Shown here piece by piece: positions 13,351 to 23,969 of a stretch of 64,000 bases of DNA; position 1 is the stretch's first letter, and each line of letters starts with the position of its first letter. Location of the stretch: contig CAXULY010000004.1 in assembly GCA_964252075.1 (NCBI GenBank), positions 96,001 through 160,000 of the forward strand, given 5' to 3'. Source of the DNA: an uncultured Deinococcaceae bacterium. Its GTDB lineage: Bacteria > Deinococcota > Deinococci > Deinococcales > Deinococcaceae. A program made the position numbers and the translations under genes. The notes beneath the pieces were generated by a model. The model was not told the origin of the DNA, did not search any database, and was given only the letters and a program-made list of their open reading frames with translations.

Positions 13351-13707
13351 ATGGATTCCCTCCCCACCCTGTGGGGCGACCAGGAGGCGCGCATCCGCGC
13401 TCGCCTGGAGGCCCTCGATCCCACGCTGGCGCGCTGGGTGCTGGACTTCACCTACGGTGAGGTGTACGCCCGTGACGGCCTGGACCTGAAGACCAAGGAG
13501 TTGCTGGCGTGCGCGATGCTGGTCGCGCAGGGCAACCCGCCGGAACTCACCACGCACCTGCGCGGCGCCCTGCGGGCGGGCGCGACCGAGCAGGAGGTGC
13601 GCGAGGCGCTGCTGCTGGCCGTGCCGTACCTGGGGTTCCCGCGCGTGCTGGGCGCGTTCGAGCAGCTCTCGAAGCTGCTGAAGGGCAAGAAACCGCCCGC
13701 TCCATGA
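13351..13707 (+). CDS. Carboxymuconolactone decarboxylase family protein
   Basis: [32 protein letters not shown]. Confidence 0.88.
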   Translation: MDSLPTLWGDQEARIRARLEALDPTLARWVLDFTYGEVYARDGLDLKTKELLACAMLVAQGNPPELTTHLRGALRAGATEQEVREALLLAVPYLGFPRVLGAFEQLSKLLKGKKPPAP

Positions 13708-13729
13708 GGGGTGGGCGCGGCACCACAGA

Positions 13730-13761
13730 AAGGCCGCCACCTCCGTGGAGGTGGCGGCCTT
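13730..13761. terminator. Bidirectional terminator
   Basis: aaggccgccacctc-cgtg-gaggtggcggcctt between convergent genes. Confidence 0.75.
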
Positions 13762-13776
13762 CGGGTGCCCGCGGGC

Positions 13777-14202
13777 TTACTCGCCCTGCTGCTCGGCCGC
13801 GGCGGCCTTGTCGGCCGCCTTGGCGCGCGCGTCGCGCATGGTGCGCGAGCGGTCGCTCTTGATGCGGGCCGCCTTGCCGCGCAGTTCGCGCAGGTAATAC
13901 AGCTTCGCGCGGCGCACCTTGCCGCGCTCCAGCACCGTCACCTTGTCGATGAGCGGGCTGTTGAACGGGAAGACGCGCTCGACGCCCTCCCCGAAGCTGA
14001 TCTTGCGGACGGTGAAGGCCTTGCGCGTGCCGCCGCTGTTGATGGCGATGACGACGCCCTCGAAGGCCTGCAGGCGGGTGCGGTTGCCTTCCGTCACCTT
14101 GGTGTCCACGCGGACGGTGTCGCCCGCCTGGAACGCGGGCAGGCCCGCCTTGAGGTGAGGCTGCTCAACGGAGCGGAGGATGGCTCCCCTGTTGATCTTC
14201 AT
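13777..14202 (-). CDS. rplS: 50S ribosomal protein L19
   Basis: [32 protein letters not shown]. Confidence 0.97.
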   Translation of the reverse strand: MKINRGAILRSVEQPHLKAGLPAFQAGDTVRVDTKVTEGNRTRLQAFEGVVIAINSGGTRKAFTVRKISFGEGVERVFPFNSPLIDKVTVLERGKVRRAKLYYLRELRGKAARIKSDRSRTMRDARAKAADKAAAAEQQGE

Positions 14203-14323
14203 GTGCTTCTCCTTTGCGTCGGCGGACCGCCTCCGGATTCCGGGGAACCAGCGGCGTTCACGAGCGCGGTGCGCCCGACTTCGCGGGCAAACTTTAGAAG
14301 TATAGCCTGTGCCCGCCGCGCGC

Positions 14324-14989
14324 TCAAGTGGCGGGCGCGGCCTGCGCGCCCAGCGCCGCCAGCACCGCGTCCAGGCCGCCCGCGAAGCCCTCCACCTGCG
14401 GCCAGTGCGGGGGGAACGGCTGGCTCTGCGTCACCTCGTTCGGCACCACCAGCACCCGCAGGCCCGCGCGCTCGGCGGCGGTCGCGCCGTTCAGGGAGTC
14501 CTCAATGGCCGCCGCCTGCCCCGGCTTTAGGTTCAGCAGCGTGAGCGCCAGCGTGTAGAGTTCCGGGTCGGGCTTCACCTCGCGCACCTCGTCGCGCGTC
14601 GCCATCGCCTCGAAGTGCCCCGCGAGGCCGTGCTGCGCCAGCCACGGCCCCACCCACTCGCGGCTGGAACTCGTCGCGAGCGCCAACCGCAACCCGCGCG
14701 CCCTCGCCTCATCCAGCACCGCGCGCACGCCGGGCCGCAGTTCCGCCGCGCGGATGTCCTGCAAGATGCCCTCGTGCAGCTCCCGGTACACCTCGTCGCG
14801 CCGCTCGCGCACGCCCTCCGGCAGTCCCGCCCACGGGTCGAAGGCCCCCCACGTGCCGATGCCGCGCTGCCAGTCCGTGAGCAGGAGTTCCCGCCCGTGC
14901 TGCTGGTACAGCGCCTCCCAGCGCCGGAACTCGTGCGTCTCGGTGTCGAGGATGGTGCCGTCGAAGTCGAAAATCAGGGCCTCCAGCAT
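14324..14989 (-). CDS. HAD-superfamily hydrolase
   Basis: FDFDGT, KPDPELY, IEDSLNG. Confidence 0.92.
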   Translation of the reverse strand: MLEALIFDFDGTILDTETHEFRRWEALYQQHGRELLLTDWQRGIGTWGAFDPWAGLPEGVRERRDEVYRELHEGILQDIRAAELRPGVRAVLDEARARGLRLALATSSSREWVGPWLAQHGLAGHFEAMATRDEVREVKPDPELYTLALTLLNLKPGQAAAIEDSLNGATAAERAGLRVLVVPNEVTQSQPFPPHWPQVEGFAGGLDAVLAALGAQAAPAT

Positions 14990-15085
14990 GCCCCCAGTGT
15001 AGTGACGCACCCCCAGCGTGCGGTCAGGTGCGGTGAAGGCCCGCTCATCTGGCGCTTCACGCCCCACCCGCACAATGAACGGCAG

Positions 15086-15712
15086 ATGCTCGACTGGATT
15101 CAGAACCTGATGGACTCCATGGGGTATGCCGGGATTGTGCTGCTGATGTTCCTGGAGAACATCTTCCCGCCGCTGCCCTCCGAACTGGTGATGCCCGCCG
15201 CGGGCTTCGCCGCCGCCCGCGGCGACCTGAACCTCATCGGCGTGGTGCTCGCGGGCACGCTCGGCAGCGTGCTGGGGGCGCTGCCGCTGTACTGGCTGGG
15301 GCACGCGGTGGGCGAGGACCGCCTCGCCCGCTGGGCGGACCGCTGGGGCAAGTGGCTCACGGTGTCCGGCGACGAGGTGCGCCGCGCCGACGACTGGTTC
15401 GACCGCTTCGGGCACCGCATCGTGCTGTTCGCGCGCGTCGTGCCGGGCGTGCGCTCCCTGATCTCCATCCCGGCGGGCATCTCCGAGATGCCCATCCTGA
15501 AGTTCGTGCTGTACACCACCCTCGGCACCGCCGTGTGGTCCACCATCATGGCGATGCTCGGGCACACGCTCGGCGATCACTACGAGCAGGTGGAGCGCTG
15601 GGTGGGGCCGGTCGGCGCGGTCATCCTGATCCTCATCGCGCTGTACCTGCTGTTCACGGTCGTGCGCCGCCACCGCAAGGGCGCGGGCGCGCCGGAGAAA
15701 CAACCGCACTGA
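15086..15712 (+). CDS. DedA family membrane protein
   Basis: ENIFPPLPSE, ARVVPGVRSLISIPAG. Confidence 0.93.
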   Translation: MLDWIQNLMDSMGYAGIVLLMFLENIFPPLPSELVMPAAGFAAARGDLNLIGVVLAGTLGSVLGALPLYWLGHAVGEDRLARWADRWGKWLTVSGDEVRRADDWFDRFGHRIVLFARVVPGVRSLISIPAGISEMPILKFVLYTTLGTAVWSTIMAMLGHTLGDHYEQVERWVGPVGAVILILIALYLLFTVVRRHRKGAGAPEKQPH

Positions 15713-15765
15713 AGCAGGGCTGCACCACCCGTTTTTCACCGCCGGGCCTTAGCATGGCCTCAGCC

Positions 15766-16551
15766 ATGACTGAAGTGCCCACCCCCAAGAAGAAGCGCGG
15801 CGGGGTCCCCAAAACCGTGTGGGACCTGATCTTCACGCTGCTGATCCCCATCCTGATCCTCAGCCCGAACATCCTCGGGAGCGGCATCTCCGTGAGCGAG
15901 ATGCTGTTCGGCGGCGGCAGCGCCGGGAACATCCGCGCGTACATCCTCGCGGCCGTGGTGCCCGTCATTTACGTGATCGTGGACCTGATCGTGACGCGCA
16001 GCCTGAGTCCCATCGCGCTGTTCGGCGGCGCGACCGCCCTGCTGAACGGCGCGCTGACCTTCTGGTACGTGGACGGCGCGCTGTACGCCTTCAAGGACAG
16101 CCTGCTGCGCTTTCTGATCGCACTGTTCGCCCTGGGGAGCATCGCGACGCGCGTGCCGCTCTTCCGGGTGTTCCTGGACGGCGCGTCCGTCGCGGAGTCG
16201 CCCGAGCACCGCGCCGCCACGCAGGTCGCGCTGAAAGACGGCGGGGTGACGCGCGCGCTGGTGACCGCCACGCTGCTGCTCGCCGCCGCCGAGGTGCTGG
16301 CGGGACTCGTGAACTTCTTCGTGAACCTGCACCTCGTCACCGCGAAGTTCGGAACGGACGCCTTCAACGCGCAGAAGGCCAGCGCGGACACCGTGATGCG
16401 CTTCCCCAGCATCCTCATGTTCCTCGCGGGGTTCTTCCTGGGGTACCTGGTGGTGCAGCGCGCGGTGACCGCCCGCTGGGGCAAGGGCGCGAACCTCTTC
16501 GAGCCGGAGCAGCTCAGCAAGACCCTCAAGGAGCGCGGCGAGCTGAGCTGA
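15766..16551 (+). CDS. Multi-pass membrane protein (VC0807/IspZ-like)
   Basis: About 6 TM segments, FNAQ motif near the C-terminus, host-like codon use. Confidence 0.7.
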   Translation: MTEVPTPKKKRGGVPKTVWDLIFTLLIPILILSPNILGSGISVSEMLFGGGSAGNIRAYILAAVVPVIYVIVDLIVTRSLSPIALFGGATALLNGALTFWYVDGALYAFKDSLLRFLIALFALGSIATRVPLFRVFLDGASVAESPEHRAATQVALKDGGVTRALVTATLLLAAAEVLAGLVNFFVNLHLVTAKFGTDAFNAQKASADTVMRFPSILMFLAGFFLGYLVVQRAVTARWGKGANLFEPEQLSKTLKERGELS

Positions 16552-16607
16552 TCGTCCCACCCCGCGCGGGCACCGCGGCCCCAGTGGCTCGGTGCCCGCG
16601 TTTCACT

Positions 16608-17123
16608 TCAGAAGCGGATGGAGTTCAGGGCGGCGTCCAGCGCCCCGCGGTGCTGCGGCAGTGCCGTCACGGTGGCGTTCGCGGTCACGACCAGCGCGCG
16701 CCCCTGCTCGCTGGTGATCAGGATGCGGTCGTACACCGGCTGGTCCGCCGCCTGGAAGGTGAAGGCCAGCTCGTACCAGTCGCGGCCACCCAGCGCGCGC
16801 AGGCCGTTTCGCTCCCAGGACAGCACCCGCAGGTTCGAGGCGATGAAGGCCTTCATGTACGCACCGAAGGCCTTCAGCTGCCCGGCGGGCAGCGTCGCGT
16901 CGCGCAGCTCGAAGGCGATGTTCACGCGCGTGTCCGGGGTGGTGTACACCAGCCGTGGCGGAACGCCGCGCGGGTACTTCAGCGCGATCACGTCGGCCGT
17001 CATGGGCGCGAAGCCAGGCGGCACCTCCAGGCTGAGGGTCGTGCCGGGCACCGTCACGCGGGCGGCGAGGGCGGGCGTGACGAGCAGGGCGGCAGTGGTC
17101 AGCAGGGCAGCGGCGAGGCGCAT
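16608..17123 (-). CDS. Secreted hypothetical protein (PsbP/DcrB-like fold possible)
   Basis: Signal peptide ALA; VPPGF; ends LNSIRF. Confidence 0.65.
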   Translation of the reverse strand: MRLAAALLTTAALLVTPALAARVTVPGTTLSLEVPPGFAPMTADVIALKYPRGVPPRLVYTTPDTRVNIAFELRDATLPAGQLKAFGAYMKAFIASNLRVLSWERNGLRALGGRDWYELAFTFQAADQPVYDRILITSEQGRALVVTANATVTALPQHRGALDAALNSIRF

Positions 17124-17159
17124 GGCTTCACTGTAGGGCGCGCGTGTTTTACTGCGTGC

Positions 17160-18272
17160 ATGCTTCAGTTCCAGCGTGCCGAACTCCTGCTCGTCCGCCT
17201 GCCCCTCAAGTTCCGTTTCGAGACGAGTTTCGGGGTGCAGACCGACAAACTCATCCCGCTGCTGGTGCTGCACGGGGACGGCGCGTACGGCCTGTCGGAA
17301 GGCGTGATGGACGCCACCGTGCCCATGTACCGCGAGGAGACCGTGGCGGGCGCCCTGCCGCTGCTGCGCGAGGTGCTGCTGCCGCGCGTGCTGGGCAAAA
17401 GCTTCCCGAACCCCGAGGCGGTGGGCGCGGCGCTCGCCGACCTGCGCGGGAACCGCATGGCGAAGGCCATGGTGGAGATGGCCGCGTGGGACCTGTGGGC
17501 GCGGCAGCTGGGCGTGCCGCTCTGGCAACTGCTGGGCGGCGACAAGACGGAGGTGGCGGTCGGGGTGTCGCTCGGCATTCAGGCGGACGAGGCGGCGACC
17601 GTGGAGACCGTCGCGCGGCACGTGGAGCAGGGCTACCAGCGCATCAAGCTGAAGGTGAAGCCCGGCTGGGACGTGGCGCCCGTGCGCGCGGTGCGCGCGG
17701 CCTTCCCGGACCTGAAACTCACGGTGGACGCCAACAGCGCCTACACCCTCGCGGACACCCGGACCTTCCAGGCGCTGGACGAGCACCGCCTGGATTACGC
17801 GGAGCAGCCGCTCGCCTTCGACGACCTCGTGGATCACGCGGCGCTGCAGGCGCGCATCCGCACGCCGCTGTGCCTGGACGAGAGCATCCTGACCGCCGAG
17901 GACACCCGCAAGGCCCTCGCGCTGGACGCGGGGCGCGTCATCAACATCAAGGTGGGGCGCGTGGGGGGGCACGCCGAGGCGCGGCGCGTGCATGACGTGG
18001 CGCGCAGCTTCGGGGTGCCGGTGTGGTGCGGCGGCATGCTGGAGGGCGGTGTGGGCCGCGCGCACAACATTCACCTCTCGACGCTGCCGGGCTTCACGAA
18101 GCCGGGGGACACCAGCAGCGCCAGCCGCTACTGGGCGCAGGACGTGATTAACGAGCCGCTGGAGACGCAGGGCGGCGTGATGCGTGTGCCGGACGGTCCG
18201 GGAATCGGCGTGACGCTGAACCGGGACTTCCTGGCGGGTGCCGCCGAGCTGAGCGAGGAGTTCCGCGCTTGA
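17160..18272 (+). CDS. menC: N-succinyl/N-acyl amino acid racemase / OSB synthase (enolase superfamily)
   Basis: [32 protein letters not shown]. Confidence 0.88.
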   Translation: MLQFQRAELLLVRLPLKFRFETSFGVQTDKLIPLLVLHGDGAYGLSEGVMDATVPMYREETVAGALPLLREVLLPRVLGKSFPNPEAVGAALADLRGNRMAKAMVEMAAWDLWARQLGVPLWQLLGGDKTEVAVGVSLGIQADEAATVETVARHVEQGYQRIKLKVKPGWDVAPVRAVRAAFPDLKLTVDANSAYTLADTRTFQALDEHRLDYAEQPLAFDDLVDHAALQARIRTPLCLDESILTAEDTRKALALDAGRVINIKVGRVGGHAEARRVHDVARSFGVPVWCGGMLEGGVGRAHNIHLSTLPGFTKPGDTSSASRYWAQDVINEPLETQGGVMRVPDGPGIGVTLNRDFLAGAAELSEEFRA

Positions 18273-19030
18273 GCGACGCGTTTCGCATTCGTGACCTCAG
18301 CAGCGCGCGCGAGATGGAGGCGCTGGAGGACCTGCAGCGCGCCGCGTGGGGGTACCCGGAGCTGGAGGTGCACCCCGGGAACATCTTCAAGATTCACGCG
18401 CACACGGGCGGCGTGGTGGCGATGGCAGAGGACGCCTCGGGCGCACCGATCGGCTTCGTGTTCGGCTTCCCGGCGTACCGGGAGGGCGAGCTGTGGCACC
18501 ACTCGCACATGCTGGCGGTGCGGCCCGAGGCGCGCGGCTCGGGCGTCGCGGAGGCCCTGAAGCGCCACCAGCGCGCGCGGGTGCTGGAGATGGGCCTCAC
18601 GCGCATGACCTGGACCTTCGATCCGCTCGTGACGCGCAACGCGCGCTTCAACCTGGGGAAGCTGGGCGCGCGGGCGCTCACCTACCACCCGGAGTGGTAC
18701 GTGAGTGAGGACATCCCCGCGGACCGCCTGATGATCTCCTGGGACCTCACGCGCGAGACGGTCGCGCACGCACCGCCCGCGCCGGAGGGCGAGGCGGTGC
18801 TGGAGCGCACGGGCGACGCGCCGGGGGCCCCCCGGCTGGACCGGACGGAGGCGCGCCTGCTGGTGGAGGCGCCCGCAGACGCGGCGCGGCTGCCCCTCAC
18901 CACGCGGCTCGCCTGGCGCCTCGCCCTGCGGGAGGCGCTGGGTCATTACCTGGGGCGTCGCTACGCCGTCACGGACCTCGCGCGGGACGGCGAGCGCGTG
19001 TGGTACGTGCTGGAGCGCCCGCAGGGATAG
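18269..19030 (+). CDS. GNAT acyltransferase (D-amino acid succinyltransferase-like)
   Basis: HSHMLAV, WTFDPL, NARFN..KLG, DRL..W; coupled to the racemase gene. Confidence 0.85.
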   Translation: MSDAFRIRDLSSAREMEALEDLQRAAWGYPELEVHPGNIFKIHAHTGGVVAMAEDASGAPIGFVFGFPAYREGELWHHSHMLAVRPEARGSGVAEALKRHQRARVLEMGLTRMTWTFDPLVTRNARFNLGKLGARALTYHPEWYVSEDIPADRLMISWDLTRETVAHAPPAPEGEAVLERTGDAPGAPRLDRTEARLLVEAPADAARLPLTTRLAWRLALREALGHYLGRRYAVTDLARDGERVWYVLERPQG

Positions 19031-19036
19031 GGCGCC

Positions 19037-19963
19037 TCAGTCGCCCAGCCGCTCCCCGAGCGTCCCGCCCGCGCCGCGCCACCAGTCGAGGGCGGGCATG
19101 GGGCGCTTGCCCTCCGGCTGCACTGTGAGCAACTCCACGGCGCCCTGAGCGCATGCGACCTTCAGGCCAGCGTCCGTCACGCCCAGCAGTTCGCCCGGCT
19201 GGCCGGAGCCTTCGGCGGGGCGCAGGGCGTTCAGCTTGAGGAGCTTGCCGCGCCACGCGGTGAAGCTGCCGGGCCACGCGAACACACCCCGGTAGCGGTC
19301 ATACACCGCCTGTGCGCCCTCCGCCCAGCGCACGCGCCCGTCCTCCTTGTCGAGCATGGGGGCGTGCGTGGCCTGGGCGTCGTCCTGCGGCTGGGGGGTG
19401 AGGGCGTCCAGGCGCGAGAGGGCGTCCACGATCAGGCGCGCGGCCTGCGCGGACAGCGCCGCGGAGAGGTCCACGCTCGTCCAGTCCGGTGGGATGCTCA
19501 GGCGTTCCTGCAGCAGGATGGGGCCGGTGTCCATGCCGGGGTCCGTCTGCATGATGGTGGTGCCCGTGACCGTCTCTCCCCGGATGAGCGCCCACTGGAT
19601 GGGCGCCGCGCCCCGGTAATGGGGCAGCAGGCTGGTGTGCGTGTTCACGAAACCGTGCGGCGGCACGGCCAGCAGACTTGCGGGCAGGATCTTCCCGTAC
19701 GCGCAGGTGACGGCCACCTCCGCGCCCGAGTCCCGCAACTGCGCGGCGAAGTCCGCGTTGCCGCGCAGCTTCGCGGGCTGCGCGAGTGGCAGGCCGAGCT
19801 CCTGCGCGCGCGCCGCGACGGGCGGCGGCGTGAGCTTCAGCCCGCGCCCCACGGGCTTGTCAGGCTGCGCGACCACCAGCGGCACCTCGAACTGCGCGCG
19901 GATGGCCTCCAGCACGGGCAGCGCGAAGGCGGGCGACCCGAAAAACGCAACGCGGGAGATCAA
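19037..19963 (-). CDS. fmt: Methionyl-tRNA formyltransferase
   Basis: QPDKPVGRG, HTSLLPHYRGAAPIQ, MDTGPI. Confidence 0.96.
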   Translation of the reverse strand: MISRVAFFGSPAFALPVLEAIRAQFEVPLVVAQPDKPVGRGLKLTPPPVAARAQELGLPLAQPAKLRGNADFAAQLRDSGAEVAVTCAYGKILPASLLAVPPHGFVNTHTSLLPHYRGAAPIQWALIRGETVTGTTIMQTDPGMDTGPILLQERLSIPPDWTSVDLSAALSAQAARLIVDALSRLDALTPQPQDDAQATHAPMLDKEDGRVRWAEGAQAVYDRYRGVFAWPGSFTAWRGKLLKLNALRPAEGSGQPGELLGVTDAGLKVACAQGAVELLTVQPEGKRPMPALDWWRGAGGTLGERLGD

Positions 19964-19973
19964 CGCGTCACGC

Positions 19974-20621
19974 TCAACGCCCGCGCCGCTCGCGGACCGT
20001 AACGGGCGGCTCGATGCGCTTCAGGTACGCCTTCGCCTCGCGCTGCATGGCGGCCAGTTCCTTGCGGTGCGCTTCCGTCACATCGCCGGGCAGCAGGTCC
20101 AGGAACAGCCGCCCGTTCAGGTGGTCGGTCTCGTGCTGGTACACGCGCGCCACGTAATCCTCGGCGTCCTCGACATGCTCCGCGCCCGTCAGGTCCTGGT
20201 AGCGCACGCGCACGCGGCGGTAGCGTTTCACGCCATCCTCGTAAATGCCGGGGATGGACAGGCAGCCCTCCTGGTAGCTGGTGTCACCGCGCTTGTCGGT
20301 CACCTCCAGCACGGGGTTCACCATCACGACCTCGCGCAGCACGCGGCTCTTGAGGGGCGTGTCCTGCGCTTCATTCTCCTCCTCGTCGTCCTCGTACTCG
20401 GCGGCGACGAACATCCGCACGCCGAGCCCGATCTGGGGTGCGGCGAGGCCCACGCCGCGCGCCTCGTACATGGTTTCCAGCATGTTGCGCGCGACGCTCT
20501 CCAGATCAGCGGGCTCGAAACCTGGCACAGTCACAGGCTCGGTGAAGGCCGTCACGGCGCTCGCCCTGCGGCGCAAGACAGGGTCGCCGTACAGGCGGAT
20601 GGGGTAAATGGTGTGCGGCAC
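19974..20621 (-). CDS. def: Peptide deformylase
   Basis: GVGLAAPQ, EGCLSIP, QHETDHLNG. Confidence 0.96.
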   Translation of the reverse strand: MPHTIYPIRLYGDPVLRRRASAVTAFTEPVTVPGFEPADLESVARNMLETMYEARGVGLAAPQIGLGVRMFVAAEYEDDEEENEAQDTPLKSRVLREVVMVNPVLEVTDKRGDTSYQEGCLSIPGIYEDGVKRYRRVRVRYQDLTGAEHVEDAEDYVARVYQHETDHLNGRLFLDLLPGDVTEAHRKELAAMQREAKAYLKRIEPPVTVRERRGR

Positions 20622-20672
20622 AGTGCCTCTGTTTTACCAAACGCAGAGGAACGAACAGGAATGCAGTGCGCC

Positions 20673-22013
20673 TTACTGCGGCGCCACCGGGCCACCGCCG
20701 TCCACGAAGGTGCCGCCGTCCCGTGTGGTGATGGTCACGTGGAAGTCGTCACCCTCGGTCGCCTGAACGGTGCAGGCGGTGAGGCCCACGGGCGCGGCGG
20801 GCAGGCTGTGGGCGTACGCGTGCTCCCCGACCTTCACGCTGTTGAAGGCCGTCAGGCACAGGGGCTGCAGGGCCGCCGCCACCTCCGGCGCCTGCAGGGT
20901 GGGGTCCTCGGCCAGGAGGGTGCGCGCGAGGTTCACCACGGCGCGGCTGCGGCTCCTGCCATTGCGGACCTGTTCCTCTGGGCGCAGGTTGCGGGGGTCG
21001 TCCGGCAGGAAGTCGCCGTTGATGTACGTCCCGCCGTTCTGGGTGGTAACCGTCATGCGGAAGTCATCCTGTCCCACCACCTCCACCGTGCAGCCCGCCA
21101 GCCCGACAGGTGGCTGGGGCAGGCCGTACTGGAAGCGCTGACCGTTCACGTCAAAGCTGTCAAAGCCCGTCAGGCAGAGGGGTTGCAGGGCGGCGGCCAC
21201 GTCGGCGGCCTGCACGGTGACGCTCTCCGCCAGCGCAGCGAGGGCGGCCTTGTACGTCTGCTGGCTCCGGAAACGCCCAGTGTGCTCCTGCTCAATGTCG
21301 CTGAGGTTCTCGGGGTCGTCCAGGAGGTAGGTGCCGTTCACGCTGGTCCAGTCACCCGGTCCTGTCACCTCCACCGTCAGTTGCCCCATGGCGTCCACCG
21401 TCACGTGGCAGGACTGCACGCCGCTGCCCGCCGCGATGGCGCTGAAGCTGAAGTCATAGGGGTGCCCCAGGGCGTCCGTGCCTTTCAGGCTGAGCAGTTG
21501 ACCGTTCACCTGCAGTTCCGTGGCGCCGATCAGGCATGCCGCTTCAAGAGCGGGGGCCACCTGCGCGGCGGTCAGGTCGCTGTGCATCACCAGCAGCCCG
21601 TCCCCGGCGTAGCGGGCGGCGACGCCCTGCGCGCGCAACAGCTGCTTCTGCGTGGAGGTGGGCGCGCCGGGCACAGGCGGCGGAGTGGGGCCAGGTGCTG
21701 GCGCCGGCGTGGGTGCCGGGCTCGGGGCAGGCGCTGGACTTGGCGCTGGCGTCGGGGCCGGAGTTGGTTGAGGCTGCGGGGCAGGAGCAGGCGGTGGGAC
21801 GGGCGCGGGCGTCGGACCTGGGGACGGTGCGGGGGCCGGACTGGGCTGAGGCTGGGGTGCCGGCGCGGGCGCGGGGGTGGGATTCGCTGGGGGCGCGGGT
21901 GTGGCCGCCACGGGCACGGAGGGTGTGGGCGCGCCACACGCACCGAGGGTGAGGCCGAGCAGCAGGAGGGCGGCGCGAGGAGCGTGGTGGGGCAAGAGAC
22001 GGCGGTGGCTCAT
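20673..22013 (-). CDS. Lipoprotein with Pro-rich linker and three tandem ~100-aa Cys-pair repeats
   Basis: Lipobox LGAC, (PA)n linker, repeated VAAALQPLC...C. Confidence 0.75.
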   Translation of the reverse strand: MSHRRLLPHHAPRAALLLLGLTLGACGAPTPSVPVAATPAPPANPTPAPAPAPQPQPSPAPAPSPGPTPAPVPPPAPAPQPQPTPAPTPAPSPAPAPSPAPTPAPAPGPTPPPVPGAPTSTQKQLLRAQGVAARYAGDGLLVMHSDLTAAQVAPALEAACLIGATELQVNGQLLSLKGTDALGHPYDFSFSAIAAGSGVQSCHVTVDAMGQLTVEVTGPGDWTSVNGTYLLDDPENLSDIEQEHTGRFRSQQTYKAALAALAESVTVQAADVAAALQPLCLTGFDSFDVNGQRFQYGLPQPPVGLAGCTVEVVGQDDFRMTVTTQNGGTYINGDFLPDDPRNLRPEEQVRNGRSRSRAVVNLARTLLAEDPTLQAPEVAAALQPLCLTAFNSVKVGEHAYAHSLPAAPVGLTACTVQATEGDDFHVTITTRDGGTFVDGGGPVAPQ

Positions 22014-22067
22014 GTGACGCTCACCGTAGTGGGTTGTGCCTCTCAGGGTTCCGACAACCGCCGGGCG

Positions 22068-22994
22068 CTACTGGGTTTTGCGGCGCACCTCGAGCGTCAC
22101 GACGACCACGTCGAGGCTCCGCACGCCGTCGGGTAGGTCGAGCGCCGCGCGCACGCTGTACTTGCCGACTTGGTACGGCACCTTGGCGGTCGCTTCGCGC
22201 AGCCGCGCGAGCGTCTCGGGGCTGGACACCAGGCGCACGGAGGCGGGCTCGATGTCCGAGGCGACCACCTGCAGCGTGGCGGGCGGGGTGGGCAGCACGA
22301 CGCGCACGGTCTTGACGGGCAGTTCGCCGCTGTCGAGGCGCCGGACCGTGACGGTGCTGGGGTCCGTGCGGGCGTCCGCGACGGGCACGCCGTTCACGTT
22401 CACGGCGATGAGGCGCACCTCGCGGGAACTGCCGGGTTCGAGCGCGACGGGCGCCGTGATGACGCGGCTCACGGTGTCCACGCTGCGTTTCGCGCCGCTC
22501 ACGCGCGCGGTGTCCGGCGTGACGCTGAACCGAGGGATGGCGTTGGTGGGGAGGTCCGTGGCGGTCACGGAGACGGGCACGGTGCGCGTGGATTCGGCGT
22601 CCAGGAAGCCGCTCACGCTGGTGGGCGTGAGGCGCAGGACGCGCACGCCGTCCGGGGCGGCCACGTGGACGTCCTCCTGGAAGTTGCCCTGCGGGACGCC
22701 CGTGACGTCCACGCTGGCGCGCACGTCGTCCACCTCAATGGGCTGCACGACGGAGCGCTGGCCCTGCAGGGTGACGCGCACGCTGCGTGGGAGGCCGCTC
22801 ACGCCGCGGCGCTGCACGCCCGGCGTGCCGTCACTCACGGTGAGGGGCACGTCGAAGGTGCGTTCTAGGCTGGCGCGGCGGTCCTGGGTGGCGAGGAACC
22901 ACACGCCAGCGGCGGCGAGCACCGCCAGCGACTTCTGGGGAAGGTTGTGCAGCAGGCGGCGCCACAGGTAGTTGGGGTAACGGGCGAGTTTCAT
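22068..22994 (-). CDS. cdaR: CdaR/YbbR regulator of diadenylate cyclase
   Basis: N-terminal TM, YbbR-like repeats, overlaps the cdaA stop. Confidence 0.85.
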   Translation of the reverse strand: MKLARYPNYLWRRLLHNLPQKSLAVLAAAGVWFLATQDRRASLERTFDVPLTVSDGTPGVQRRGVSGLPRSVRVTLQGQRSVVQPIEVDDVRASVDVTGVPQGNFQEDVHVAAPDGVRVLRLTPTSVSGFLDAESTRTVPVSVTATDLPTNAIPRFSVTPDTARVSGAKRSVDTVSRVITAPVALEPGSSREVRLIAVNVNGVPVADARTDPSTVTVRRLDSGELPVKTVRVVLPTPPATLQVVASDIEPASVRLVSSPETLARLREATAKVPYQVGKYSVRAALDLPDGVRSLDVVVVTLEVRRKTQ

Positions 22995-23743
22995 GCGCCT
23001 TCCTCGTACACCAGTTCGCGCAGGCGTTCGCGCAGTTCGGAGCCGGTGAGGTCGGGGCTCAGTCGGCCGGAGAGCGCGATGCGCATGCTGCCGCGCTCCT
23101 CGCTGACCACGAGGATCACGGCGTCGGTGAGTTCGGAGAGCCCGATGGCGGCGCGGTGGCGGGTGCCGTAGCGGCGGTACACGCCGTCACTGGACTGCAG
23201 GGGGAAGAGGCAGGCGGCGGCCACCACGCGGTCGCCCTGCACGATCACGCCGCCGTCGTGCAGGGGGGCGTTGCGGGCGAACAGCGCCTCCAGAAAGGGC
23301 GCGCTGAGGACCGCGTCGAGGGGCACGCCGGTGGCGGCGTACTCACCGAGGGGCGTGCGGCGCGCGATGGCGATCAGGGCGCCCACCTTGCGTTCCGCGA
23401 GGCGCTCCATGGCGCGCGCGAGTTCCTGCAGGACCGCGCCGCGCTCGCGGGAGTCGCGGACGCGCGCGCGCCCGATGCGTTCGAGGGCGGCGCGCAATTC
23501 CGGCTGGAAGACCACCACGAGCGCGAACAGGCCGATGGTGGCGATGCGGCTGAGAAGGTAATTGAGGGTGGTGAGGTCCAGGAGGCTGGAGGCCAGCCAC
23601 GCGACGGCGAAGATCAGGACGCCGCGCAGGACGTTCACGGCGCGGGTGTTGCTGACCAGCATGTACCCCTGGTAGATCAGGGTCGCCACCAGCAGGATGT
23701 CGATGATGTCTTTGGCGCCCAGTGCGCCCGCTGCCCACAACAC
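22991..23743 (-). CDS. cdaA: Diadenylate cyclase
   Basis: 3 TM, FQPELR, PLHDGG, GTRHRAA, VSEERG. Confidence 0.94.
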   Translation of the reverse strand: MLWAAGALGAKDIIDILLVATLIYQGYMLVSNTRAVNVLRGVLIFAVAWLASSLLDLTTLNYLLSRIATIGLFALVVVFQPELRAALERIGRARVRDSRERGAVLQELARAMERLAERKVGALIAIARRTPLGEYAATGVPLDAVLSAPFLEALFARNAPLHDGGVIVQGDRVVAAACLFPLQSSDGVYRRYGTRHRAAIGLSELTDAVILVVSEERGSMRIALSGRLSPDLTGSELRERLRELVYEEGA

Positions 23744-23969
23744 GCCCGCTCCCCCTTCCCGTTTCGCCCAATAAATATACGGGCTGTTCGGTGCGCTGTC
23801 GCCAGACGGCCTTTATGTTCGCCAACAGCTAAATAAACCGAAGCCATTTTACTGTAAGTGAAACTCATCCTTTATATTTGCGTTTTATCAACAGCAGGAT
23901 TTAAGGTGATAGCATCTTGATGCAGTCTTTATCGCGCCCTTACCTGGCGTGTGTGATCGGAGGAGTTGC

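Noticed and set aside
23813..23829. TTATGTTCGCCAACAGC as an RDRM
   Set aside because: Left half fits but the right half is out of register
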